DNA of 64,000 nucleotides from Candidatus Limnocylindrales bacterium (lineage in GTDB: Bacteria > Chloroflexota > Limnocylindria > Limnocylindrales > CSP1-4): the NCBI GenBank assembly GCA_049521175.1, contig JBEKPB010000006.1:41296-105295 (forward strand), written 5' to 3'. A program made the translations under genes and the position numbers. Positions 37,010 to 50,321 of the stretch are shown one piece after another. The notes beneath the pieces are model-generated. The model saw only the letters and a list, made by a program, of their open reading frames with translations. It made no database searches and had not been told where the DNA came from. The first letter of the stretch is position 1; each line of letters opens with the position of its first letter.

Positions 37010-39352
37010 CTATGCGACCGGGATCACGTACACGTAGTTGCCTTCGCGGCCGCTGTAGATCTTCGCCTGGTGCCAGGGAACGTAGTCGGTGCCAAGCGCC
37101 CCGACCGGGACGTTCGCGTCCGGTGGCCGCGACTTGGGCCAGAGCTTCGACACTCGCGGATACCAGACGTCTTCGATCCGGACCGAGATGATCGTGAACG
37201 TGTCGGTCTGAGCCGGATCGGCAGTGGCCGTGAAGCCGGACACGACCCAGGAGTGCCAGCCCTTCCAGACGAGCAGGCCGGCCGGACGCCCGGTCAAACG
37301 GATCTGCTTGACGACGACGTGCAGCGCGTCGGCCATCTTGGGCTTGGCGCCCACCTGGTAGTTGCCATAGCCGAGCGACGCCAGTCCTTTGGCCCAGCCG
37401 TTCGGGTCGGCTCCACCGTAGTAGCCGCCACCGAGCGAAAAGGCCAGGTCCTGGAGCTTGGCCTGGGTGTCTCGCGTGGCGTCCGGGACGACGCTCATGA
37501 TGTTCATCGAGGTCTGCATCGCGGCGGGCACGCACCAGGTGTCCACGAATTCGCTGACGAAGTCGCCGGGCTGGTAGAGGTCCATGGCGAAGACGCCCGG
37601 CGTCATCGAAGGCGCGAGCGTCGGTTGAAGGGTGGCGGACGATGAGGCGGAGGCTGACGCACTCGGGGCGACGGCCGTGACCGATGGGCCTGCGGCTATC
37701 ACGGGCGCCCTGGTTCCCCCGACCCGTGCCCACGGCGTGATCTGCGGACCGCCGCCGATCGCGACCTGGCCAAGAGCCTGGCTGCCCGCGAAGACCGTCC
37801 CGGCGCCGAGAGCGACCGCCACGATCGCGATCAATGCCAACCGGCCTGCGGGGATCGCCCTGCGCGTCCCGCCGACCGCGGCGCCCCAACGCTCCCAAAC
37901 CGTGCCCCACGACCACGGCGAGATGGCACCGATGCGGCTCATGCGCGGCCGCAGGAAGAGGCCGAGTACGATGACCCGCACCGCCTGGAACGTCACGTAA
38001 CCGATCGGCAACGCTGCCAACCCCACGCCGGTCGACAGAGTTGTCGTCACGACGACCCCCGCGATGAACCCGACCAGGACCGCGATCGTCGGCTCCAGGG
38101 TGTTGTGGGTTGCCATGATCGCTCGCGCCAGGAGCTCGACGAGGCTTTCGAACGGGACTGAGATGGCCAGGATGACCAGCACGAGTGTCAACCGAGAGGC
38201 ATCCGTGTCGTCAAAGGCCCCACCCTTGAACAGTCCGGCGATGAAGCCGGCGAGGGCGGCCAGGGCCGCCGCGGCGAGGATCGAGAAGAACGCGATCGTC
38301 AGGAAGTTGGTCCGGAAGATCCTCCGAAAGCCGCTCCGGTCGCCGGCGGCGGCAGCTGCTGATAGGGCGGGGAAGGCGGCCAGCGCAAAGGCGACGCCGA
38401 CGACGTTCTCGGCGGTGCTCTGGAAGTCCTGCGCGTAGGCGACGGAGGTCGTCGAGCCAGGCGCAAGAGTCGAGGCGATCCTGGTGAAGTAGGCCGCGAA
38501 GAACCAGACGAGCGCGGAACTCGCCATTCTCGGGAGGATGAGCCAGGCGAACTCGCCCACGCCTTTCGTCCGGAGCGACAATGAGAGCCGCGGGCGGAAA
38601 GTGGTGCGGTAGATGCCGACGAGACGTACCCCAAGGTGGGCCAGCCCGCCGACCAGGGAACCGATGGCGGCGCCGTAGATTCCCATCGGGCCGCCCAGCA
38701 GAAACGCGCCGGCCGCGAGTCCCGCGTATGAGGCGAACTCGGCCAGACCGTAAGTCCACCATCGCCGTTCGGCGACGAGCACCTCGCCGAGGACCATCGA
38801 GGCGGCTATCGCAAGCTGGCCGGCGCAGACGACTCGCACCAGGTTCACGTACAGGTCGCGCTCGCTGGCCTCGAACCCCGGCACGGCAATAGAGGCGATC
38901 TGTGGCGCGAGGATGAAGAGGGCCGCGATCGCCAACCCCACCGTGATCAATGCCGCCGTGAGGATGGTCCGGGCGAATTCGCGAGCGGCCTCCTCCGCTT
39001 CGTCCTTCAGCCCGACGAAGAGCGGCAGGAACGGCCCCACGACACCACCCAGCACCAGGATGGTGACCGGGAAGGAAACGAGGTAGGTGGCGGAGGTGAG
39101 GGCGTCTGTCTCAGGCCCGGCACCGAAGACGTGGGCGAGCACCTTCTTGGCGAGGAAGCCCGAACCCGCGTTGACCACGAACAGGGTGCCGAGGATAACC
39201 GCGCCTCTGGGCAAGCCGGCTCGTACGAGGTTCCTGACCCGCCCGACCAGGCCGCGCCGTTCGCCGGGCGGCTCGTCTCCATAGAGCGCGGCCCCGGCTG
39301 CCCCGACCCTGCCCGGCATGTGGCGGCGCGGCGTCTCGTCTACCCAAGGCAA
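37010..39352 (-). CDS. murJ: Lipid II flippase MurJ/MviN fused to an extra TM helix and a C-terminal extracytoplasmic papain-like (C39-like) domain
   Basis: MurJ core LAKKVLAHVFGAGPETDALTSATYLVSFPVTILVLGG. Extra TM GRLALIAIVAVALGAGTVFAG. C-terminal domain has candidate catalytic residues DTWCVPAAMQTSMNIM and GWHSWVVSGFT. Confidence 0.75.
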   Translation of the reverse strand: MPWVDETPRRHMPGRVGAAGAALYGDEPPGERRGLVGRVRNLVRAGLPRGAVILGTLFVVNAGSGFLAKKVLAHVFGAGPETDALTSATYLVSFPVTILVLGGVVGPFLPLFVGLKDEAEEAAREFARTILTAALITVGLAIAALFILAPQIASIAVPGFEASERDLYVNLVRVVCAGQLAIAASMVLGEVLVAERRWWTYGLAEFASYAGLAAGAFLLGGPMGIYGAAIGSLVGGLAHLGVRLVGIYRTTFRPRLSLSLRTKGVGEFAWLILPRMASSALVWFFAAYFTRIASTLAPGSTTSVAYAQDFQSTAENVVGVAFALAAFPALSAAAAAGDRSGFRRIFRTNFLTIAFFSILAAAALAALAGFIAGLFKGGAFDDTDASRLTLVLVILAISVPFESLVELLARAIMATHNTLEPTIAVLVGFIAGVVVTTTLSTGVGLAALPIGYVTFQAVRVIVLGLFLRPRMSRIGAISPWSWGTVWERWGAAVGGTRRAIPAGRLALIAIVAVALGAGTVFAGSQALGQVAIGGGPQITPWARVGGTRAPVIAAGPSVTAVAPSASASASSSATLQPTLAPSMTPGVFAMDLYQPGDFVSEFVDTWCVPAAMQTSMNIMSVVPDATRDTQAKLQDLAFSLGGGYYGGADPNGWAKGLASLGYGNYQVGAKPKMADALHVVVKQIRLTGRPAGLLVWKGWHSWVVSGFTATADPAQTDTFTIISVRIEDVWYPRVSKLWPKSRPPDANVPVGALGTDYVPWHQAKIYSGREGNYVYVIPVA

Positions 39353-39973
39353 CCGGCTAGTCCTCCGTGGCCGCTCCGGCGACGATCGTGGCGCTGGAGC
39401 GGGGCCATCTTAGACGTCGGGCGACGGGCCGGGCCCGAGCGTTGTGGCGCGTCGCCGCGCACGAGACCAAATCCGACCATCCGCGGGCCATCCTTGGCAG
39501 CGATGCGAGGGCATCCAGCTCCATGAGGACCTCACACGACGCTGTCCTGGCCAACGCGGGGCGCTAGCCGGTCGATCTGCCGGCGGCGCCGGCGAAAGGC
39601 GGGTTCAGGTTGCGTCCGGTTCTGTGGAGGCCTGGCGAACCTAGCCGCCGAGCAAGGTCAAGACTTCGGTGACCGTCGGTTGGCCGTCTATGCCGCCGAG
39701 CCGTCGGGTCGACAGCGCGCCTGCGCGGCGAGGTCGCCGTGGAGTCGATCGCCGCGCGAGGGCCGCGATCGAGGCGTTGAGTGGGCGGTATTGCTCGCTC
39801 TGGTGGCGTCAAGCGGCTAGCCTTGGGGCGCTGGTGGTGCCGCCGGCCACGCCGAGCGGATCGGGCTCTCAACTCCAGGGATGAAACCGACTGTCCGCAG
39901 CCTCCCGAACGGGGTTTCCAGGTGAGAGGATGTTCGTTGCCTCACTGACAGTCCTGACAGGAGATAGATCGCC

Positions 39974-40678
39974 GTGACGCCGCCGTTCGAGGGCTTCTCG
40001 CGCGACGCCATCCAGTTCCTCGCGGATCTGGCTCTGCACAACGAACGGACCTGGTTCCAGCCCCGCAAGGGCGATTACGAGCGCCTGCTCAAGGAGCCGC
40101 TCGAGGCATTGTGTGCGGCACTGGGGGAGCGCTTCGAGGCGAGCGGATTGCCGCTCCGCGCCGACCCCGCCCGGTCGCCATTCCGGATCTACCGCGACGT
40201 GCGCTTCTCCGCCGACAAGTCGCCCTACAAGACGCACGTTTCGGCGAGCTTCCCGTGGGCCGGCGAAGGGGGCGGCGTGGGGGCCTACTTCCACTTCCAA
40301 CCCGGTGAGATGCTCGCGGGCGGCGGGATGTGGCACCCCGAACCGGCTCAACTGGCGGCGTGGCGGCGCGTCGTGGACACCGACCTCGACACGGTCAGGG
40401 CTGCGCTCGAGAGCCCCGAATTCGCGTCGACCTTCGGGCACGTGAGCGGCGATAGCCTGAAGCGCGTTCCGACGGGCTTCGCGGCCGACCATCCAGGAGC
40501 GGAGCTACTCAAGCTCAAGGACGTGACGTTCGGCCGCAACCTGTCGGATGACGACGTGCTCTCGCCCGGTCTGCCGGACGTGCTGTCCTCCACGTTCGCT
40601 GCCTCGATCCCGGTCCTCCGGCTACTGGCGCGGCTGTCGCCCGAGGAGACTCGAGCAGGCTGGCTCAGGGGCGGCTAG
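39974..40678 (+). CDS. DUF2461/TIGR02453 family protein
   Basis: 234 aa. WFQPRKGDYERLL, YRDVRFSADKSPYKTH family motifs. GTG start with AGGAG. Confidence 0.75.
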   Translation: MTPPFEGFSRDAIQFLADLALHNERTWFQPRKGDYERLLKEPLEALCAALGERFEASGLPLRADPARSPFRIYRDVRFSADKSPYKTHVSASFPWAGEGGGVGAYFHFQPGEMLAGGGMWHPEPAQLAAWRRVVDTDLDTVRAALESPEFASTFGHVSGDSLKRVPTGFAADHPGAELLKLKDVTFGRNLSDDDVLSPGLPDVLSSTFAASIPVLRLLARLSPEETRAGWLRGG

Positions 40679-40880
40679 GTCGGCGGCTCGCCGCGGGCGC
40701 CACGGCGTTACGAAGCGGTCGTCGCGCCCCCCAATCCTGCAAGAAGGCGTGAAATTGGAGCTCGGGGCGGGCGCGAGATGTCGCGTTTCCGCGAGAAACC
40801 CGATTGGTCGGATGGTGCCAATGCCCCTCCTGACAACTTCATGTCGGCCTACATGCGCGTCTGACCGCTGATCTGCCCAC

Positions 40881-40892
40881 TTGACATGTCAA
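40881..40892. promoter_or_regulatory. Perfect palindrome TTGACATGTCAA upstream of dnaG (also a TTGACA -35-like hexamer)
   Basis: Seen directly. Followed by a second imperfect palindrome atacccc-cca-ggggtat. Confidence 0.4.
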
Positions 40893-40946
40893 TACCCCCC
40901 AGGGGTATACAAACGCGGCGAAAAGTGGTAAGAATCACCCAGCGAA

Positions 40947-40969
40947 GGCCTGTCAAGACTTGACAGGCC
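40947..40969. promoter_or_regulatory. Perfect 23-bp palindrome GGCCTGTCAAG-A-CTTGACAGGCC upstream of dnaG
   Basis: Seen directly. Shares the CTTGACA half-site with the 40881 palindrome. Confidence 0.4.
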
Positions 40970-41159
40970 CTTAGTCATGTCAGGGTGGTCCGCCGAGAGG
41001 TCCCACCAGGCTGTTGGGCTGAAGCTGGGACTTCGACCCAATCGGTCGGCCGCCACGGTAGGTCGGATGGGGCCCGCGCCTGGAATGCGTGGGTCGATCG
41101 GGCGGGTGGTCGGACAGGTCGAACGCCGCGGGCGCCAAAAGCGTCTGTCTGGCAGGAGA

Positions 41160-43120
41160 GTGTATTTGGCGTCTGGAGTAGCCGCAGAAGTCAAGAGCAA
41201 GCTGTCGATCGTCGAGGTCGTCGGCGAGGCGGTTCAGCTGCGCAAGGCCGGGACCACTTACAAGGGGCTCTGCCCGTTTCACGGCGAGAAGACCCCGAGC
41301 TTCGTGGTAACCCCGGCCCGCGATAGCTGGCATTGCTTCGGCTGCGGCGAAGGCGGCGACATCTTCAGCTTCATCATGAAGCGCGACGGGCTGACCTTCC
41401 CGGAGGCGCTCAAGCGCTTGGCGGCGAAGGCCGGCATCGAGATCGACGAGCGGACGAGCCGCGAGGACGCCCGGCGGGCTCGACTCCGCGAAGTCCTCGA
41501 GCAGGCGATCGCCTTCTACCACGTCGTCCTGACGCAGTCGAAGACGGGCGCGCCGGCGCTCGAATACCTGCACGGCCGGGGCTTCACGGACGAGACGATC
41601 GAGAAGTTCCAGCTCGGGTGGGCGCCCGATGGCTGGGACCAGATGATCAAGATGCTCGGAACCCGCCGCAACGTGAACGTTGCAGAGCTGGCCGAGGTGG
41701 GGCTGACCAGCGCTCGACCGAACGGACGCGGGGCGTACGACAAGTTCCGCTCGCGGGTCATCTTCCCGATACGCGACGCGACCGGGGCGGCCGTCGGCAT
41801 CGGCGGGCGGGTGCTGCCGGGCGCGGTCGCGGTCACGGACTCGAATGCGCCCAAGTACCTCAACTCTCCGGCGACTGCGCTGTTCGACAAGAGCCGGACG
41901 CTGTACCTCATTGAGCGGGCCCGGGGTGAGATGCGCCGTAACGACGAGGCGGTCCTTGTCGAGGGGTACACGGACGCGCTGATGGCCCACCAGGCCGGTT
42001 TCGAGAACGTAGTCGCGAGCCTGGGCACGGCGCTCACTCCGGCGCAGGTCGCGCTGATCTCCCGCTATGCCCGCGAGATCGTCCTCGCCTACGACGTCGA
42101 TCCGGCCGGCCAGCATGCCGGCTCGATCGGTGGCGCCGAGCTGTTCCGCCTCATCGGCGCCCTTGCCGCCGAGGAGACGGGCGTCGAGATCACTCGCGTC
42201 CGGGTGGCGCGACTGCCCGAGGGCAAGGACCCGGACGAAGTCATTCGCGATAACCCCGATCTCTGGCGGGAGTCGATCCGGACCGCCCAGCCGATCATGT
42301 TGTTCCTGATCGACTACTACGCGAAGGCCTTCAACATCCGAACGGCTGAAGGCAAGCGCCATGCGGTTGATGCCCTGATTCCCCTGTTGCGCCAGGTCAA
42401 CCCCGTCGTCCGCGACGACTACCTCCAGGCGCTCGCCAACCGGACCGGGGCGGACTACCGATCCCTGCTGGAGGAGCTGCACGCACCGGAACCGGCAGGG
42501 CGGGGGAGCGGCGGCCGAAATGAGGGGGCGAGCGGTTCTTCCGGACGGTTCACGGCCGAGACGATCATGGCTTCGCCAGACTCGATTGACACGAGAGCCG
42601 AGCTGAAGGCCCTAACGCGGGACGAAGGCCGCCTGCTGCGCCTCCTCCTGCTCGTGCCGGAGCAGCAGGAACGTGTCGCCGAGACTCTCGCCGCCCAGAA
42701 CCTGCAGCTTCCCAGCACGCCGGCACGCGAATTGCTGGCCGCGATGCTGGCGGATCGGGAGATCGATCGCGAGGCCGGTGGCTCCGGAAAGTTCGAACGG
42801 GGCCGCTTCCTCGAAGCATTGGCACCTGAGCTCCACGGCCTGGCCATCGCTCTCTACGCGGAACGTGGCCCGGACCCGAACGATCTGGCCGGCGACCGCG
42901 TCCGTATAGGAGTCGACCAGTGCCTGCTCGCCCTCGAAGGGGACAGGCTCGAAGAGGAAATCCGTTTCAACGCCAGCGAGTTGACCGAGGCCAAAGCCGT
43001 CGGGGACTCGGGGGCCGTCACTCAATTGCAAGAGACACAACGCAACCTATTCGAGGCTCGTCGATCGCTCGACCGACGTCGGCAAGACACGAGTCTCCTC
43101 GCTTCCGCTGGAGGACACCG

Positions 43121-43124
<4 letters not shown>
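41160..43124 (+). CDS. dnaG: DNA primase
   Basis: Zinc ribbon [13 protein letters not shown]...[25 protein letters not shown]. Start GTG 41160 or TTG 41166. Stop overlaps rpoD ATG. Confidence 0.9.
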
Positions 43125-44839
<1,715 letters not shown>

Positions 44840-44892
44840 GGCGCCCGGGGCGGCGGCCGCCGTCGCGAGGGCTGAGCCGCGCCCCCCTGGCC

Positions 44893-45576
44893 CTATAGCA
44901 AGACGATGCCACTCCCTTCAGGATTGCGGCCCTCCGCGAGGGCGTGGAGCATCGTGTCCGGTGATAGCGGGAATTCCGCACGAAGCGCGTCGCCGTGGTC
45001 CCTGACCGCGGTGCGATTGTGCCTCGTGTTGGACATGAGCAGGATCACCCCCGACAGACCACCGTCGTCGCGCTTCTTCAGACTCATCCTTCGCAGCACT
45101 GACTGAACGTCTCTGAGCCTGGTCTCGACTTCCACCGCTATCTCTGCAGCCCCAACTAGGAGGACCGCGTCCCAGGCTCGCTGATCCCCGCTCCCTGCGA
45201 CGGGCACCTCGAACCGCCACGCTACGCCGGGTCCGACTCTCACTCGCAGCCTCTGGATCAGCGCTAGGTGCGCGGCGTCTCGAACTGGTTGAGGACCTGG
45301 GTAGGCCCTCGCACTTAGCTCGAGACCGACAGCTGCGAGCAGCCGGGCCAACTGCAGGATCGAGACGGACGGCACACCGGCACGCTCGATCCTGCTCACC
45401 TGCGCTCGCGAGGTCCGAGCCACACGCGCCACCACGGTCTGGCTCAGACCATGTTCCAGCCGGGCTCGCCGGATCTCATTGCCGAGGTCAACGACGATCG
45501 CCCTGGCTCGTTGGGAGCCAAGGTCGTACGTTCGCTCCTTGGTCGGCATGACCTCATCCTGGCGTAGGGCGCTCAT
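44893..45576 (-). CDS. XRE-family HTH transcriptional regulator with uncharacterised C-terminal domain
   Basis: LGNEIRRARLEHGLSQTVVARVARTSRAQVSRIERAG HTH. About 140-aa C-terminal domain of unknown fold. Confidence 0.6.
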   Translation of the reverse strand: MSALRQDEVMPTKERTYDLGSQRARAIVVDLGNEIRRARLEHGLSQTVVARVARTSRAQVSRIERAGVPSVSILQLARLLAAVGLELSARAYPGPQPVRDAAHLALIQRLRVRVGPGVAWRFEVPVAGSGDQRAWDAVLLVGAAEIAVEVETRLRDVQSVLRRMSLKKRDDGGLSGVILLMSNTRHNRTAVRDHGDALRAEFPLSPDTMLHALAEGRNPEGSGIVLL

Positions 45577-46072
45577 CCTCGGCTTATCTGCCGATGTAGG
45601 TTGCTGCTCGTCTGGCGCCTGGGTCGTTTCCGCTCGGTTAGAGCCACAGAACCAGCCGGTGGAAGCTTGGCCCGAATGGGCTGCTCACCCCCGTGAGCAC
45701 ATGCGACGCGGTCGTAGTCGAGGCCGGGCACTATTGGTCAATGCTGCTCATCTCGAGTCACACGTTCGACGCCATAGGCTCCGCAAGCCGGGTTGAATCC
45801 GTCGACAGGTCGGGAGTGTGCATCGAGCCGAGCAGGAGCGACGACGACCGGTAGGGTGGGTTGGCTGGGTGGTCACGTGTGCTCGCCCGATGAGCAGGAA
45901 CAGGTCGAGTGAGCTCCATCGGTCAAACGTGTGGCCTGGGCGGAGCGGCCTTCGCCACCACGGCCCACGAACCGAGCGCGGTGTCGACGGCGCGCCCGCC
46001 GGACGGAGTCGTCGCGGTCCCGTGAGTGGTCGCGTACCCTTTGTGGGTCGTTGCAGGGACGGGAGGATTCGA

Positions 46073-46948
46073 GTGACCGCAGAGCCGGGTGGACCCCTGA
46101 TATCAGGCGAGTGGCTGGCCGCCCATCTCGACGATCCGCAGCTTCGGGTCGTGCACGTCTCGGTGGAGCGAGAGACGTTCGACGCCGGTCACATCCGGGG
46201 CGCCGTCTTCAGCGACCTGCACGTCGACCTGGCCAAGTCCGGCACGAGGCCGGAGACCGGCACCGCGCATCGGGACTACATCGTGCCGACGCGCGAGGAG
46301 ACGGCCGCGGCGCTCGCCGGTTGGGGGGTCGAGTCGGGCTGCCGTGTCGTCTTCTACGACGACGTCGGGCAGAATCGGCACGCCATCCGCGGCTACTGGC
46401 TGCTCCGCCTCTACGGGTTCCCCAGGGAGCGCGTCCACGTGCTCGACGGCGGGCTCGGCGCCTGGATCGCCGAGGGCCGCGCGGTCACGACGGCCGAACC
46501 CACGGCCGCCACGGTCGCCGCGACCGAACCGCTCTCGGAGCAGGACAGCGCCCTGATCGCCACGGCCGATGACGTTCTGGCGTGGAGCAGGGAAGCCAGC
46601 GCGCCGGGCGGCCCGACACGGCTGCTCGACGTCAGGACGATCGACGAATTCCTCGGCGACGACGTTCGGGCGGACCGAGGCGGACGGATCGCCGGCGCCC
46701 GCCACCGGCTGTTCGCCGACTTCGTTGCCGCGGACGGTCGACTTCGACCGGCGGTCGAAGTCCTGGCAATCCTGCGCGGCTCCGGCGTCAATCCGGAGGA
46801 GCTTCGCGCCACGTATTGCCAGGGCGGGATTCGGGCGGCGCTGGCCTGGTTCGTGCTGTCGGAGGTGGCCGGCCTGACCGATGTCAGGAACTACGCCGAG
46901 TCGTGGGAAGAGTGGGGGAACAGGCCGGACCTCCCGGTCGAACGCTAG
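46073..46948 (+). CDS. Thiosulfate/3-mercaptopyruvate sulfurtransferase (two rhodanese domains)
   Basis: Active-site YCQGGIRAA in second domain. GTG start with GGGAGGA upstream. 291 aa. Confidence 0.85.
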   Translation: MTAEPGGPLISGEWLAAHLDDPQLRVVHVSVERETFDAGHIRGAVFSDLHVDLAKSGTRPETGTAHRDYIVPTREETAAALAGWGVESGCRVVFYDDVGQNRHAIRGYWLLRLYGFPRERVHVLDGGLGAWIAEGRAVTTAEPTAATVAATEPLSEQDSALIATADDVLAWSREASAPGGPTRLLDVRTIDEFLGDDVRADRGGRIAGARHRLFADFVAADGRLRPAVEVLAILRGSGVNPEELRATYCQGGIRAALAWFVLSEVAGLTDVRNYAESWEEWGNRPDLPVER

Positions 46949-46964
46949 CGCCTGGCCGAAGGGC

Positions 46965-47125
46965 ATCGACCGATGGTCTCCGGCCCGCGCCTCACGCTGG
47001 TCTGGTCTGCCGACGGGGGTCTCAGGCCCGCGCCTCACGGCGGGGTGACGCCGGTAGTCTGGCGTCGACAGGTGTGTCTCAGGCCCGCGCCTCACGCCTG
47101 TATGACGCCGTGCTATTCTGTCGCG
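46965..47125. repeat. Three direct copies of a 43-66-bp unit (core tctc[c/a]ggcccgcgcctcacg) immediately upstream of tRNA-Asn
   Basis: Cores at 46967, 47010, 47077. Copies 2 and 3 also share ...tgacgccg...tctg downstream of the core. Confidence 0.6.
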
Positions 47126-47166
47126 CGGCGCCGCGATGGCGCCACGGATCGCCTCAGGCGGTCATC

Positions 47167-47242
47167 GCTCCGGCGTAGCTCAGTCGGTAGAGCGGGCGGC
47201 TGTTAACCGCTTGGTCGTAGGTTCGAGTCCTACCGCCGGAGC
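47167..47242 (+). tRNA. tRNA-Asn (anticodon GTT)
   Basis: GCTCCGG acceptor stem pairing with CCGGAGC. TAGCTCAGTCGGTAGAGC D-arm. Anticodon loop CTGTTAA. GGTTCGAGTCC T-arm. CCA not encoded. Confidence 0.9.
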
Positions 47243-47348
47243 CATTCTGTTCCCGGGTCGCGCTGTTCCTTCGGCGAGTCTCGGCGGCAACCCAGCGGCC
47301 CCGCGGCCCCGACACCCCAGGCGTCCCCGCTCCCGCACTCCCGAATCG

Positions 47349-48059
47349 CTACGGTCGCCCGAACAGGTAGAGCGCCCAGCCCATGGTGTCGCGGCCCCAA
47401 CGCAGGAATTCGGTCCGCGCCCTGGCGACGCGCTCGAGCAGCTCCGGAAGGTTGGGATCGTCCGGCTGCGCCGTTGCGTACCGGGCGGTGGCGCGCCATT
47501 GCAGCGTCTCGTAGCGGTCCCAGTCGGCGTCGGAGCTGGTCAGAGCGAACCACGGGACGAGCCCCTCGGCAACTCCGGCCTCGACGTTGGCCTCGTGGCT
47601 GCCGTACTCGTCGGCGCGTAGCTTCGACCACTCGAGGTAGGCGGGATCGGGGGTTCGTTTCCAGAACGGTTCGCCCACCAGCACTTTCCCGCCGGGTCTG
47701 ACGGCGGCGGCCATGGCCCGAAGCGTCTGGCGGTGTCCACCGAACGTCCAGCTGGCACCGATGCACGAGGCGAGATCGAACGACGCCGGTTCGGCCCGAT
47801 AGGCTGCGCCGTCGAGCACGAGTGACTCGATCTGCGCCGCCGGGGCGCGCCTTGCCGCCGACTCGCGCAGGTCCCGGATCACGAACGGCGACAGATCCAC
47901 GGCAACGGCGTGTAAGTCGCGGCCGCCCGGACCGCCGCAACGCTCCGCGGTTTGAAGCAGGAACTCGCCCTTGCCGGAGGCGATGTCCAGGATGCGGGGC
48001 GCGGGCGGCAGGTCGAGCAGGCCGATGATCTCGTCGAGCTTCTCGACGCTGCTAGGCAC
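47349..48059 (-). CDS. Class I SAM-dependent methyltransferase
   Basis: Motif I ILDIASGKGEF. Motif post-I. 236 aa. Confidence 0.75.
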   Translation of the reverse strand: MPSSVEKLDEIIGLLDLPPAPRILDIASGKGEFLLQTAERCGGPGGRDLHAVAVDLSPFVIRDLRESAARRAPAAQIESLVLDGAAYRAEPASFDLASCIGASWTFGGHRQTLRAMAAAVRPGGKVLVGEPFWKRTPDPAYLEWSKLRADEYGSHEANVEAGVAEGLVPWFALTSSDADWDRYETLQWRATARYATAQPDDPNLPELLERVARARTEFLRWGRDTMGWALYLFGRP

Positions 48060-48306
48060 GCATACGACGTGATCGCGATGAGTGATGTCGTAGAACTTCC
48101 AGGTGTCCAGGGTCGACTCCTCATGGCCGGATCGCGGGACGGCACGCCCGCAAGGATGACGGCGAGCGGGGTTCGCCGCCGGCCCGGGACATCACGCTGG
48201 CGGATCGGCGCGGGACGTCGCCGTCGACACTCGGATGTGCCGGCGGCCGGCCGCCGACTCCGCCCGGGACGTTTTGGCGGTTCCCCGATCCGGCGCCACC
48301 GGGTAG

Positions 48307-50226
<1,920 letters not shown>

Positions 50227-50321
50227 CCTGCACGGCAGGCACGACCGATTGACCGCCGGACCGGCACGGCCGAGCCGGCCGGCACCAACTCGGTCCGGCG
50301 GGTTCCGGACGCCGCCCGGAG

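Noticed and set aside
46965-47125. CRISPR-like array upstream of tRNA-Asn
   Set aside because: Only three units. The repeat core is 20 nt with irregular 23-46-nt spacers that themselves share sequence. No cas genes in the window.
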